DNA of 64,000 nt from Candidatus Terrybacteria bacterium RIFCSPHIGHO2_01_FULL_48_17 (GCA_001822835.1 MHSS01000015.1:2113-66112), one strand, 5' to 3'. Numbered from the stretch's first letter, positions 1 through 10,173 are shown. Notes: generated by a model from the letters alone, not told the origin. Made by a program: numbers and translations.

Positions 1-662
1 ATAAACCCTACAAAAAGCTCAAGCCCTAAAAACGGTATGGGGGCAATTACCGGGATTAAAGCACCGATCACAATCAACAGCACCTCGCCCGCAAAGATAT
101 TGCCGAACAACCGAAAGGAAAAGGATAAAATTTTTGCAAGTTCGCTTATGGCCTCGAGTAAGCCAACGAAAAACAAAATGGGGCTTTTGAATGAAATAAA
201 CTTCCCGATGTGGCGGAAAGCTCCCAGTGAAGTAATTCCCATAACGTGAGTTGCAACCACGGCAATAAGAGCAATTGCTAAGGTGTTATTTAGATCGCTG
301 AAAGCAGAACGCACCAAAGGAACCAGATGGCCGGCGTGCTCTATAGTGAGTGATCCAACACCCGGCAAAACTCCCATCCAGTTCGCCGTTATCACAAAAA
401 AGAAAATAGTAAGCACTAGTGGTGTAAATTTTTCTGATTTTGAACGATCTTGCGTAACGCTATCCATAAGCGACAAAAGGCCTTCAAAAACCATCTCTAC
501 CGCTGCCTGTCCTTTTTGCGGAACAAGGCGTAACATGCGGGAAAACGCAAATGCAAACCCGACCAACACAGCCATGGCCAGCCACGATGCCAGAAGCGTG
601 TTTGTTACAGGGAAAAAACCAAGATGACCGATGGTTTCAGTTGAAAGGGATATTTCGTGCAT
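1..662 (-). CDS. atpB: F0F1 ATP synthase subunit a (3' end outside window)
   Basis: Hand translation from ATG at 662 gives MHEISLSTETIGHLGFFPVTNTLL..., with hydrophobic helices and the SFRLFGNIFAGE motif; lies downstream of an AtpZ/I-like gene. Confidence 0.92.
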   Translation of the reverse strand, partial: MHEISLSTETIGHLGFFPVTNTLLASWLAMAVLVGFAFAFSRMLRLVPQKGQAAVEMVFEGLLSLMDSVTQDRSKSEKFTPLVLTIFFFVITANWMGVLPGVGSLTIEHAGHLVPLVRSAFSDLNNTLAIALIAVVATHVMGITSLGAFRHIGKFISFKSPILFFVGLLEAISELAKILSFSFRLFGNIFAGEVLLIVIGALIPVIAPIPFLGLELFVGF

Positions 663-664
663 AG

Positions 665-886
665 CTAAAGGAATTTTCGAACTTTATACCAAATAATTAC
701 TCCCGTCACAATAAGCGAGAAAAAAAGACCAACCAAAAGCAGCCACGGAGATGTACCAAGAACCCTGTCCAAGGCCCTCCCACCAAAAAGCAGCACGACA
801 ATAGGAATGGCGACTGAATATCCAAATTCCCATGCAAACCGTAGTGCAGGAAACATATTCTTGCCATTCTCTTTTTCTTGCAGCAT
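665..886 (-). CDS. AtpZ/AtpI family membrane protein
   Basis: 73 aa, two TM helices, G..LD..LGTSPW motif, directly upstream of atpB. Confidence 0.8.
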   Translation of the reverse strand: MLQEKENGKNMFPALRFAWEFGYSVAIPIVVLLFGGRALDRVLGTSPWLLLVGLFFSLIVTGVIIWYKVRKFL

Positions 887-924
887 ACTATATATAATCC
901 CTCTATAAGAATACCAAAAAACCT

Positions 925-1866
925 ATGACTGTCAAAGAAATACACGAACTTGCGATTGCCTTTGGCAAGAAAAACGACTTCCGGATGGAAGAGGAAATTG
1001 TGCGTGATTTAACGCGCAGGAAACAAAAATATGAAAAGCTTTCAGACGACGAAAAGGAACTTTATGACAAGGATCTGTTCGAAAACCCATATGCGGATAC
1101 AAGAATTCTTTACGATTCCGGCAAAGATGTAAAACGTGTACTCGCTGGTATTGATATTGAAACGGCCGAAGTTTTGTTGGCGGACCGCTTGGGAGGAATC
1201 GACTGCCTTATCCCCCACCATCCCGTTGGAAAGGCCTTAGCACGATTGGATGAGGTTATGCACTATCAGGCAGATATTCTTGAACAATACGGCGTACCTA
1301 TCGGGATTGCAGAATCGCTCTTGAAATTACGAATCTCCGAAGTTTCCAGAGGCCTTTCCCCGAGAAATCATGAGCGGGCGGTAGATGCTGCAAAGAAGCT
1401 CGACATGTCCCTGCAATGCGTACATACGCCAGCTGACAACATGGCAGCGCAATTTTTAAAACAAAAAGTTGAAAAAGCAAACCCTCGGTATGTATCGGAT
1501 CTTTTGGAGCTTTTACGCACAATACCGGAATACTGCGAGGCGATAAAACTCGGCATGGGGCCAATGCTTTTTGCTGGAGATGAAAACCGAAGATGTGGAA
1601 AAATTGCTTTTACAGAAATTACCGGAGGAACAGAAGGGTCAGCGGCAATTTATGAACGGCTTGCACATGCTGGCATCGGAACGATTATCGGTATGCACAT
1701 GTCGGAGAAACATAAGGAAAATGTCGAGGCCGCGCATATAAATGCCGTTGTTGCCGGACATATGTCAACCGACTCGATTGGTATGAATTTATTTTTGGAT
1801 GAACTTGAGAAGAAGGGAGTCGAAGTGATTGCATGTTCGGGGCTGATACGGGTATCACGAACTTGA
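925..1866 (+). CDS. NIF3 (NGG1p-interacting factor 3)-like metal-binding protein
   Basis: HHP, HTPADN and AGHMSTDSIG metal-ligand motifs. Confidence 0.8.
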   Translation: MTVKEIHELAIAFGKKNDFRMEEEIVRDLTRRKQKYEKLSDDEKELYDKDLFENPYADTRILYDSGKDVKRVLAGIDIETAEVLLADRLGGIDCLIPHHPVGKALARLDEVMHYQADILEQYGVPIGIAESLLKLRISEVSRGLSPRNHERAVDAAKKLDMSLQCVHTPADNMAAQFLKQKVEKANPRYVSDLLELLRTIPEYCEAIKLGMGPMLFAGDENRRCGKIAFTEITGGTEGSAAIYERLAHAGIGTIIGMHMSEKHKENVEAAHINAVVAGHMSTDSIGMNLFLDELEKKGVEVIACSGLIRVSRT

Positions 1867-1902
1867 AGATTTAACAATTTAAAGTTCAAGAGTTCAATAG
1901 CG

Positions 1903-1925
1903 AAAAGCCCGCCGAAAGGCGGGCT
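1903..1925 (-). terminator. Intrinsic terminator between convergent genes
   Basis: AGCCCGCC-GAAA-GGCGGGCT stem-loop with a T-run on the minus strand. Confidence 0.65.
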
Positions 1926-1930
1926 AAGTG

Positions 1931-2164
1931 TTAGTGTTCTTTATGAATCGTTGCGGCTATGGCAACATTGGGCTCCCGAAGAAAACGCTCGGCAAAATCT
2001 GCCTCTTTTCCCTGCGGGACATGTACAATAACATTCATGGAAACATACGAAGTAAAATCCTTTGCCTCGCATCCCAGCCGAGAAATCGTATTCAGGGCTT
2101 CGGCCTGCGTGATGCCCCGTTTAAAAACAACCCGAATTACTCCATCTTCAATGTGATAGGGCAT
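1931..2164 (-). CDS. Small hypothetical protein resembling a stand-alone subtilase prodomain
   Basis: 77 aa; pattern IRVVFK.G...VIVHVP.G.E....ERF..EPNV resembles S8 propeptides; followed by a terminator. Confidence 0.5.
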   Translation of the reverse strand: MPYHIEDGVIRVVFKRGITQAEALNTISRLGCEAKDFTSYVSMNVIVHVPQGKEADFAERFLREPNVAIAATIHKEH

Positions 2165-2232
2165 TATGCCTCACCTATGGTTCTTTCAATTTTCTAGGCC
2201 CACCCTATCGCACCCAACCTTTTATGTCAAGA

Positions 2233-2814
2233 TTACGACTCATCTATACGGTTTTCTCCCTCAGCAACGGCTTCATATCGAATCTCTATATGCTGACCGT
2301 CATGAAGCTCTGTGGTTTCATATGTTTCAACTTGACGTCCATCAACAGTCATTATGATACGGTGCTTTTCATCTGCAACAGCGTCCAGAATTTGGCTTTG
2401 GTTAAATGGTTTTCCCCAAATCGTAAAAAAATCTCCCATAACAAATGTATGTCGAATGGGCGCCTCAAGATGAAGCGTTCCTACACCATCGTGCGTGTGG
2501 ATCGGATGCAAACACAATCCATTAACGCCGATATTTGACGGGATAGCAACCGACTCGCCATTAATAATAATGGATAAGCGTGGATGTTCGTGCATGGCAA
2601 GGGTCTGATGGTTCACACAACTTTCCGTTGCGGAGAATTCTGCTGATCCAGCGCTCAACCGAAACCACCAAACCCATCCGGCTATCCCTGCTGCCGCGAC
2701 AATAAGCGCAAGAATACCCCATGTGCGTGCCGTGCGGAAACGACGCGCGCGCCCAATGTTTTGTTTCCTTTGCTCACGACGCTCTTTGCGCAACGTCTTT
2801 TTGTCTTGCTCCAT
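2233..2814 (-). CDS. Membrane-anchored hypothetical protein with conserved His motifs
   Basis: Basic N-terminus, one TM helix, then HEHP...CLHPIHTHD.G.LHLE. Confidence 0.7.
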   Translation of the reverse strand: MEQDKKTLRKERREQRKQNIGRARRFRTARTWGILALIVAAAGIAGWVWWFRLSAGSAEFSATESCVNHQTLAMHEHPRLSIIINGESVAIPSNIGVNGLCLHPIHTHDGVGTLHLEAPIRHTFVMGDFFTIWGKPFNQSQILDAVADEKHRIIMTVDGRQVETYETTELHDGQHIEIRYEAVAEGENRIDES

Positions 2815-2904
2815 ATAAACTCTTTTTTATAATAATTTCGGTTACCTTGCAAGAAGAGCACCAAATTTAATGCCCTCTATGCAACAAGGGGGACAATAAT
2901 ATTA

Positions 2905-3174
2905 TCATCCTTCGGAAACGAATATTTTGAATTGCTCATAGGGTACGGCGCCGCAGATCCATTTATGGGTTCCGGTGTTGTAGAAAAACGGAACGCCGCC
3001 GCAATGGCCCTTATCGTACTCATCCATTTTTTTGGCATTTTCGGGATTATGCCATACCTCATATTTTTCAAATACCACATTAAGCTCTTGTTCTACCTTT
3101 TGGATAAGCGGCTTCATACGAATACAGTGAGGACACTCGCCACCATAAAATTCCAGTAATCGTTTATCGTCCAT
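2905..3174 (-). CDS. Thioredoxin/glutaredoxin-family protein
   Basis: CPHC motif and GVP cis-proline motif. Confidence 0.85.
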   Translation of the reverse strand: MDDKRLLEFYGGECPHCIRMKPLIQKVEQELNVVFEKYEVWHNPENAKKMDEYDKGHCGGVPFFYNTGTHKWICGAVPYEQFKIFVSEG

Positions 3175-3203
3175 AAATATTTTGTATGAAAGATATCTCC
3201 TAT

Positions 3204-3860
3204 TTATTTTTTCAATAGATATCCGACTCGACCAGGAAGACGCTCGAGCTTACCTGCCGCAACGAGCCGCGCGATAATACGAGTTACGGTTTCGCGCGCA
3301 AGTCCGACTTTTTGTGCAATTGCGTCATGCGTAAGATAAGGCAAGCGCACAGAACCATCCGATTGTTGGTTGGTTCCTACCCGAGTCAATTCCCTAAGAA
3401 CCTTACTTGCCGCATCGCCGGCTAGGGCATCAGCAAGCTTTTCTTCAGCATCACGCAACCGTTGTGCAACAAGTTTAAGCGTTCGCAAAGCGATCTCGGG
3501 ATGCTGGGCAAGAATTGCCTCAAGGTCCTTTCGGGAAACGATACATAATTTTGTGAGGCCTTCGGCCACAAAAAATCCAGGTGGGGGCTGTTCGGCAAGA
3601 TCAGCAAAAATTTCCCCTGGTCGAATCGTAGCAAGCGTTATGGTTCTCCCCTGTTCGGTAATTTTAAAATGAAGCGCCCCTTCTTCTACGAAAAACGCTC
3701 GGCCTTTTGCCGAAACAATCCCAAGATCGGGACGGCGGGGAAAAATCGATTCACCATCCCTGCAAATATGTTCAACCGCCAAATGCATCAATGCATCCAA
3801 CATGTCTTTGGGAGGATCTCGCAACAAAACTACAGAACGCACCACTTCAAGACGTACCAT
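3204..3860 (-). CDS. Crp/Fnr family transcriptional regulator
   Basis: cNMP-binding-like N-domain (PGEIF) and C-terminal HTH THDAIAQKVGLARETVTR. Confidence 0.88.
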   Translation of the reverse strand: MVRLEVVRSVVLLRDPPKDMLDALMHLAVEHICRDGESIFPRRPDLGIVSAKGRAFFVEEGALHFKITEQGRTITLATIRPGEIFADLAEQPPPGFFVAEGLTKLCIVSRKDLEAILAQHPEIALRTLKLVAQRLRDAEEKLADALAGDAASKVLRELTRVGTNQQSDGSVRLPYLTHDAIAQKVGLARETVTRIIARLVAAGKLERLPGRVGYLLKK

Positions 3861-3906
3861 ATTTCCCTTATATCATAAACATCCTCGCCCGACAACTAAA
3901 ATGTTG

Positions 3907-4908
3907 TTACGTTTCTTTATTTGAAATATTGCGAAGGCGATCAAGTTGATTGGAAAATTTTTCAAGACCGCGCTCGGCATCGTCATACGCGCGTACCGCA
4001 TTACGTAAATGCCCGCCAGCGATCCGAAACCGTTCCCCAAACATGAGAAGCTCCTGGTCAAGGGCTTTTAGGCCCGCAAGAATTTCGCGCGCAGAAGAAG
4101 CAACCTGCATTCCTCGCAAACCAATTAAGATGGTTCGTAAATAAGCGAAAAAAGTGCCGGGGGACATGGGAATAATTGCGCGATCAAAAATCGCATCGGC
4201 AAGATCCGGAAGGGCAATAATCTCTGAATATACGCCTTCGGATGGAATATAGAGCATGGCAAAGTCCGCTGTACCCTCTTGAGGCACAATATATTTTTTC
4301 CTGATTGCCTCTGCGTGTTGCTTCACGACCTGCGTAAATTCCTTTTGCGCATGCTCGCGCGCTTCGGGAGACGAACGCTTCAGACGTTCATACGCTTCCA
4401 TGGGAAATTTTGAGTCGATAGGAATGAGTAATTCACCTGCACGAATCACAAAATCGACCCTTTCCCCGGACCGAAAAGTAAATTGCTTCTGCCAAAGGCC
4501 TGCTTCTTCACCCCCAGGCAGGTGCTGGGCTAAAATATTTTCAAGTAATTTTTCACCCAAAGCTCCACGGACGCGTGGCGGTTGCAAAATCTCCTGAAGT
4601 CGTGCAATATCTTTAGATTGTTCAAGCACTCGGCTTAACGCGGAACGCTGCTCAACCAATTGGTTTGAAACATCACGTATTACATCCTGGGTTGAAGAAT
4701 GCGATCGCTCGGTCATTTGTGCTAAATGCCCAATTCTTCGATCAAGCATCGCAACGGTCTCTGAAATACTTCGGGAAAGTTGTTCAACCTTTCCCTTAAG
4801 CTCTCCGTTCTCACCCTGTTGGCTCCGTCGCTTATCCCAAAGGATAAATGCGGCAACAACTATTGCTACCGCAAGAAAAAAAATAGCTAATGGAAAAACA
4901 AAAGACAT
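3907..4908 (-). CDS. rmuC: DNA recombination protein RmuC
   Basis: N-terminal TM helix, coiled coil, RGALGE, PIDSKFP and DFAMLYIPSEG motifs; start moved to the ATG at 4908. Confidence 0.9.
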   Translation of the reverse strand: MSFVFPLAIFFLAVAIVVAAFILWDKRRSQQGENGELKGKVEQLSRSISETVAMLDRRIGHLAQMTERSHSSTQDVIRDVSNQLVEQRSALSRVLEQSKDIARLQEILQPPRVRGALGEKLLENILAQHLPGGEEAGLWQKQFTFRSGERVDFVIRAGELLIPIDSKFPMEAYERLKRSSPEAREHAQKEFTQVVKQHAEAIRKKYIVPQEGTADFAMLYIPSEGVYSEIIALPDLADAIFDRAIIPMSPGTFFAYLRTILIGLRGMQVASSAREILAGLKALDQELLMFGERFRIAGGHLRNAVRAYDDAERGLEKFSNQLDRLRNISNKET

Positions 4909-4909
4909 T

Positions 4910-5125
4910 TTATTGATCAGTTCGTTGAAGACGCGGCAAAAGCTCCTCAAATCCCTGGCGGTCAAACCCTTGGCTCGGCAAAGAAGTTTCTGGCGGTATT
5001 TCCGCTGCCTTCTGAATCGCTTCTCGCGCCTGCAACAAAGACCACGCGATCATGCCCACGGCCAGAATCAGCGCGCCAATTGCGGCAAAAGACCAAATCC
5101 AATAAGGAATACGTTTGGTGTGCAT
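4910..5125 (-). CDS. Small membrane protein in the pil operon
   Basis: One TM helix; tightly packed between the pilO-like gene and rmuC. Confidence 0.6.
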   Translation of the reverse strand: MHTKRIPYWIWSFAAIGALILAVGMIAWSLLQAREAIQKAAEIPPETSLPSQGFDRQGFEELLPRLQRTDQ

Positions 5126-5133
5126 ACGAAATA

Positions 5134-5673
5134 CTACGGCCTTGATGCGCGAAATATCATAAATCCCGAAATGGTAAACTGCGGCAATTCATTCCGCTGT
5201 CCGCTCGATGAAACTCCTGATATGACAATTACGACGGGAAGGAGATCAAATTCGCGAAAGAGAGAAGTGATGCGTTCGCTTTCGGTTTGAGCCGTAATTT
5301 TAAACACCACATTTTCAAAACCAGGAGTGCCGGCTGCCGGATCAGAAAAAGTGATAACGGCATCTTGAAGCATTTGATTGGTTGTTTGTGTAACTTTTTG
5401 TTTTGCCGAATTAAACGATGTGAAATCGAGCACCGGTACGAGATCACGAACTTGTTCCGTATACGGAACAAGTTCTGCGGCATCCTGTTTTAACGATGCC
5501 AATAATCGAATTTGCGCTGTGGCCTCTTCTGTCTGTTGTCTTTTCGTTTGAATAGAAGTGAGTTTTTCCGGTAAGATGTTTCTTGCTGCAAGAATAACAA
5601 GACACGCAAAGAGAATTACTCCAAAACGAAGAGCCAAAAAAACAACTAGCTTGCTTTTGGGAAGTCGCCTCAT
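5134..5673 (-). CDS. Type IV pilus PilO-like protein
   Basis: N-terminal TM helix plus coiled coil plus ferredoxin-like C-terminus; follows pilM/N. Confidence 0.55.
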   Translation of the reverse strand: MRRLPKSKLVVFLALRFGVILFACLVILAARNILPEKLTSIQTKRQQTEEATAQIRLLASLKQDAAELVPYTEQVRDLVPVLDFTSFNSAKQKVTQTTNQMLQDAVITFSDPAAGTPGFENVVFKITAQTESERITSLFREFDLLPVVIVISGVSSSGQRNELPQFTISGFMIFRASRP

Positions 5674-5688
5674 AAACAAAACAGTGGC

Positions 5689-7191
5689 CTAAAAACAGGA
5701 AATAAACTGAAGGGCAAAATTAAATGGAATATTAGATGACGATATATTAAGTTTAGGAGATACTTTGGTCGTAAACAAAGCCGAGTCGTTGATGCGCTCG
5801 TGAATGGATAAATATGCTTCGTCGGTATCTGCAATGCCGGTGATTGAAACACGAGCATCTTGCTGAATTGTTAATTGCTGTAATTGTATGCCCTGGCCGA
5901 GTATCGCGTTTTCTATCCGCGGCAATATATCGGCAAAAGAACAACGAGTGTTTTGTTGAAATGCTTGTCGGGCTATAGCTACAGCACTATTAAACTCTTG
6001 CGCCTGCCCAACAAGCTCTGTAACTTCAGGATTTGTCTTTGCCTGAAGCGCGTCATTGGCCGCCTTTTCTTGAATTGTTACAATTGCAAACGTTGCGGCA
6101 AATATGATGGCACTCACCGCTACACCCAGCGCAATTGTATTTCCCGCAAACCTGATAAAAAATTCCGAGACACTTCGAGAATATGCTTCTTCGGTACGCA
6201 CGGACATAAGATTAACCAAATGATCCTGGCTTCGAGGTATAATTCCCCTCAACGAAGCCCCTCTAATGGCCGCTTTAGAAAGTTCGTGCTCTATGGTGGC
6301 AAAGCTTACGGTAATTCCCAACTGCTCAAGCTCTTGTATCGCCTTTATGGTTGCATCATCAATAAGGCCATCTATCAACATACGACGCGTTGCAATGTGT
6401 TTGGTATGATCTTCGATTTTTAAAAACCGGACAAGCGTAGTCAGCTCGCGCGCAATCATTGCCGCCCGCTCCTCTGGTGTCACTGAATCAATAATCACAT
6501 GATGCGGAAACCTCACTGCATCTCCCTCGATCGCTGCGGCAAGCACTGCATCGGAAAATAGATACGCGACAAAGCCCGGACGGGCAGGATCTTGGGTAAG
6601 CCCGCGGGCCACGGAAAGCATAAGCGGTTCCGCGGCAACCACCCGCAATCCCGCAGAGTGCGCTGCAACAAGATACGGCTCAACGTCTTGTTTCCGCGCT
6701 GCTATAACTACATATTCCTTCATGGCTTCCGTGCCCTCTTGTGTGTTGTGCGCGACCAATTGCCAGTCGATAAATGCTTCTTTTGGCGAAACAGGAAGCA
6801 TGCTCTCTGCCTCCAAACGAAGCATTGAATCAATATCCTCGTTTCGTGTACCAGGAGGAATCGTAACCGTTTTTGCAAAAAGCGGAAGGACGGGCAATGA
6901 GAGTACGACGCTATGAGTGGATAAGGGCATTGGTTTTGCTTTTGTGATTGCCTCTTTCAATGCCATTTCAACTGCTTTCGCATCGATAAGTTTACCGGAA
7001 GAGATGCTGCCAGGCGGCAAAGGTACAGCGCCCTCAGTAACTACTGCCGGTGGAAGATTGGGACCCTGGACAATAAGCTCTGCGACACGAACCCGCGCTT
7101 CTTCAATGGCCACACCGGCGATATGCTCGTGGCCTTGTACGGCCGTAATCAACGCATCAATATATGTTTTTCCAGGAAATCGGAATTTCAT
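5689..7191 (-). CDS. pilM: Type IV pilus assembly PilM-PilN fusion
   Basis: Actin-like PilM N-domain (P...EAFIDWQ, AGL...AAEP), then a TM helix and a PilN-like C-domain (VSITGIA). Confidence 0.75.
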   Translation of the reverse strand: MKFRFPGKTYIDALITAVQGHEHIAGVAIEEARVRVAELIVQGPNLPPAVVTEGAVPLPPGSISSGKLIDAKAVEMALKEAITKAKPMPLSTHSVVLSLPVLPLFAKTVTIPPGTRNEDIDSMLRLEAESMLPVSPKEAFIDWQLVAHNTQEGTEAMKEYVVIAARKQDVEPYLVAAHSAGLRVVAAEPLMLSVARGLTQDPARPGFVAYLFSDAVLAAAIEGDAVRFPHHVIIDSVTPEERAAMIARELTTLVRFLKIEDHTKHIATRRMLIDGLIDDATIKAIQELEQLGITVSFATIEHELSKAAIRGASLRGIIPRSQDHLVNLMSVRTEEAYSRSVSEFFIRFAGNTIALGVAVSAIIFAATFAIVTIQEKAANDALQAKTNPEVTELVGQAQEFNSAVAIARQAFQQNTRCSFADILPRIENAILGQGIQLQQLTIQQDARVSITGIADTDEAYLSIHERINDSALFTTKVSPKLNISSSNIPFNFALQFISCF

Positions 7192-7215
7192 ATAGTATTG
7201 TATCCTTTCTCCATA

Positions 7216-9729
7216 TTAACGATTTCGTTCGCCAGGGACAAATGAAGGTTCTGGTTTTAGCGGTTCTGCAAGACGGGAACGGCGCAAAATTGCTTCCTCA
7301 ATTGCTGCGCGCGGATGGCCGAATCGCGTACGAGATAATTCCCGCAAAGAACGAATACGGTCCGCACTAAGTTGCATGGGTCTGGCTATACGGATATTAA
7401 AGGGACGCTCAACTCGTCCTGATACCAAAAGTCGCACATATGCATTGAAATTTTCGATGTTTACCAGATCATCTTCACCAAATACTGGAGCGAATTGTTT
7501 TACCAAAAATTCAGCATCTTTCGGGCCTATCCGAAACGACACCAAAGATCCGACATTTCCGAATACCGCCTCACGAATAGAATCGGAAAGTTGGGCAATA
7601 AACTGGTGTGCCAAAACCATATTGAGCCGATACTTTCGTGCCTCGGAAAGAATGGTTGCGATCGAATCGGTAGTAAAATTCTGGAACTCATCAATATAGA
7701 GATAGAAATCGCGACGCCCTTCTTCAGCGATATCCGCGCGTCCCATGGCAGCCATTTGCATCTTTGCGACCAAGATGAGTCCTAATAAGCTTGAATTCAC
7801 TTCCCCTACGCGTCCTTTTGAGAGATTCGCGATGAATATCTTACCCTGATCCATAAGATCCCGGAGATTAAATCCCGATCGCTGCTGCCCAATGATATTT
7901 CGCATCATCTCATTTTCAACAAAACGACCGACTTTTGATATCAAATAGCCAAGCATTTCTGATTTATGAAATTCGGTTGTTTTTGCCATTTCTTTTTCCC
8001 AGAAGGCCCGAACCATGGGGTCGGTTACCTTCGGCAACAATTGCCGCAAATATGCCTCATCTGTAAAAATACGAGGAATTTCAACGATAGTGCCTGGGTT
8101 TTCGCGATCCGCCATAAGTGTTAACATGGCATTTCGCATATTATGTTCAAACATCGGCCCAATAACTTCTGGGGGAAACAGCTTCATGAAAATCGCAATC
8201 ATTTCCTGAACGGCAAAATCCTTTTGTTCTGGACTAGACCATTCAAGCATATTTAGACCAACCGGTCTTTCCATATCTGCAGGATCAAAATAAACTACAT
8301 CTTCCGCGCGTTCTGACGGAACCATACCAAGCACCGCTTCTGCCAAATCGCCATGGGGATCTACTACCGCCACTCCGTTACCTGCAATGAGGTCTTGGGC
8401 AATGAGATTACGAAGAAATGTTGTTTTCCCTGTCCCGGTCTGCCCCACAACATATAAATGCCGGCGCCTATCTTCCGATGCCAGGCGCACCTTTGTCTCA
8501 ATGCCGCGGTATGTATTTATGCCAAGTTCAAGCCCCTGGGCCGGCAAATTTACCGGGGGGGCTGCTGGTTTTGCCTTCACAACTTTCACCTTTGGCGTTT
8601 CTAATGCCACGCTTGGAAAATGGAAAAGGGAGGTCAACTCTTCCGTGCTACATAAAAAAGAAGCGGCCGGATTGAACGTTCTAAATGAATAGCGGTAAAT
8701 AAGATCCCTTAATGCCCTATTTTTCGTGTTAAAAAACCGAACGGAATTAAGATGCGGTGTATGGTATTGGGAAAATGCGGCCTCCAGATCTTCAAGCATC
8801 TGATCCGCTCTCGCCTGATGGGGTGCCGAAGTAATGATACGAAGATTTGTTTCAAACATCGGCTTTGCGGCCTTTTGTTCCAGCGCCTTAACGATTTCCT
8901 GGATAAGAGGCGTGACTGGTTGAAAAGATTCTGCAAAATATGGCGTTGCGGCACGGCGCCGGGCTTCGGGCGTTCCTTCGCGCGGCTGTGGCATCATTTG
9001 ATAGGATTTCGCCGACGACTTTCCCCCGCGGAGCATTGCAGCCGCTTGCCCCCACAAGGATAATTCAAAACGCGCGCGCTCAAAAGAATGGCCCGCTTTT
9101 TGCATTTGCCGCGCGATACGACGCCCACGTGTTGCTTTGTTTTTCCCTGCGGGACGAATAATAAGCTGTATTGCAGCACCCTCCCCCTCTGCTTCAAGTT
9201 TCGACAATGCACCGGTGAGCGCTCGCAAAGGATCCGATTCCAGAATTTGATAGGTCTTCAACGGCAACGCCCAATCATGTTCGAACCGTGCGTTCGCGCC
9301 CGCGTGCGCCCCCTGTGGATGAAAAATATTATAATCACCAACACGTTCTACTTCGGCAGTCGGGTACACGGCATGAATTGCCTTTTCAACAGGGGCAACC
9401 CATCTATGAGGAGAAGCAACAAAAAATGCAAGTTCCTCTCCGACATTAGGCAATGCAATTTCAAGCGCAACGTAAGGTTGTCCGGTAAACCACGTATGCA
9501 TACCTTGCTCATGAATATGAAAGAGGGCTGCATACAACTGCTCCATAACCGCAATTTTTTCTCGCTCTTTTGCAACATCCTCCCGCTCAAAAACACGAGG
9601 CAAAGAAACCCGCAATAATTGGTAATTGAGTGAACGCTCTAAAACAAAGCGGCGATCCCAACGAGAGAACCACCAAAAAACTCCGCCTGCAAGCGCCACG
9701 ATGATAGACAATACGATAAAAGTTATCAT
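7216..9729 (-). CDS. VirD4/TraD/HerA-like P-loop ATPase (T4SS coupling-protein DNA-binding domain)
   Basis: Walker A GQTGTGKT, DPHGD, Walker B LYIDEFQNF, SEARKYRL, AHQ; N-terminal TM helix. Confidence 0.85.
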   Translation of the reverse strand: MITFIVLSIIVALAGGVFWWFSRWDRRFVLERSLNYQLLRVSLPRVFEREDVAKEREKIAVMEQLYAALFHIHEQGMHTWFTGQPYVALEIALPNVGEELAFFVASPHRWVAPVEKAIHAVYPTAEVERVGDYNIFHPQGAHAGANARFEHDWALPLKTYQILESDPLRALTGALSKLEAEGEGAAIQLIIRPAGKNKATRGRRIARQMQKAGHSFERARFELSLWGQAAAMLRGGKSSAKSYQMMPQPREGTPEARRRAATPYFAESFQPVTPLIQEIVKALEQKAAKPMFETNLRIITSAPHQARADQMLEDLEAAFSQYHTPHLNSVRFFNTKNRALRDLIYRYSFRTFNPAASFLCSTEELTSLFHFPSVALETPKVKVVKAKPAAPPVNLPAQGLELGINTYRGIETKVRLASEDRRRHLYVVGQTGTGKTTFLRNLIAQDLIAGNGVAVVDPHGDLAEAVLGMVPSERAEDVVYFDPADMERPVGLNMLEWSSPEQKDFAVQEMIAIFMKLFPPEVIGPMFEHNMRNAMLTLMADRENPGTIVEIPRIFTDEAYLRQLLPKVTDPMVRAFWEKEMAKTTEFHKSEMLGYLISKVGRFVENEMMRNIIGQQRSGFNLRDLMDQGKIFIANLSKGRVGEVNSSLLGLILVAKMQMAAMGRADIAEEGRRDFYLYIDEFQNFTTDSIATILSEARKYRLNMVLAHQFIAQLSDSIREAVFGNVGSLVSFRIGPKDAEFLVKQFAPVFGEDDLVNIENFNAYVRLLVSGRVERPFNIRIARPMQLSADRIRSLRELSRTRFGHPRAAIEEAILRRSRLAEPLKPEPSFVPGERNR

Positions 9730-9744
9730 GAACGGAAAGGGCCC

Positions 9745-10167
9745 TTATTGACGGTGTAGCTTGCCGCGTTTTATAAGTTCATTAAAAAGCTTATCAACAA
9801 GAACATCGTGGAACGCGTCAAGGACGTATGCAGAATCGATGCTGCGGGCAAGCCGTATAGCTGGTTCAATGCCTTCAGTCAAAGCAATTTGCGCAAGCGC
9901 CACAACCTTCCGTGCGTCTGGCATAGCAGCAATATCGCGCGCATCCGGATGCACAAGAGCTCCTTGCACCGTTTGCTGCGGCATAACGGGTACCGTGGGA
10001 CGTATTCGATGCGACTCTTCCTGCACACGTTCGCGCAATCGTTCTTTTATCTCATCGTGGCGTTCGGGTCTCCCTATCGCCTCTCGATGTTCCCCAAGAA
10101 CTTCTTCCCATCTTGGATGTAAAACTTCCGGCCGCTCACTAGTAGCACGTGGATTTTCATTTGCCAT
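9745..10167 (-). CDS. Hypothetical protein upstream of the coupling-like ATPase
   Basis: Charged ORF ending AYVLDAFHDVLVDKLF.ELI.RGKL; TGgTATAAT 6 nt before the ATG at 10167. Confidence 0.7.
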   Translation of the reverse strand: MANENPRATSERPEVLHPRWEEVLGEHREAIGRPERHDEIKERLRERVQEESHRIRPTVPVMPQQTVQGALVHPDARDIAAMPDARKVVALAQIALTEGIEPAIRLARSIDSAYVLDAFHDVLVDKLFNELIKRGKLHRQ

Positions 10168-10173
10168 TCTCTT

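Noticed and set aside
7216-9729. Conjugative element or ICE
   Set aside because: Only a coupling-like ATPase is present; there is no relaxase, VirB4/VirB6 or integrase, and the flanks are ordinary chromosomal genes
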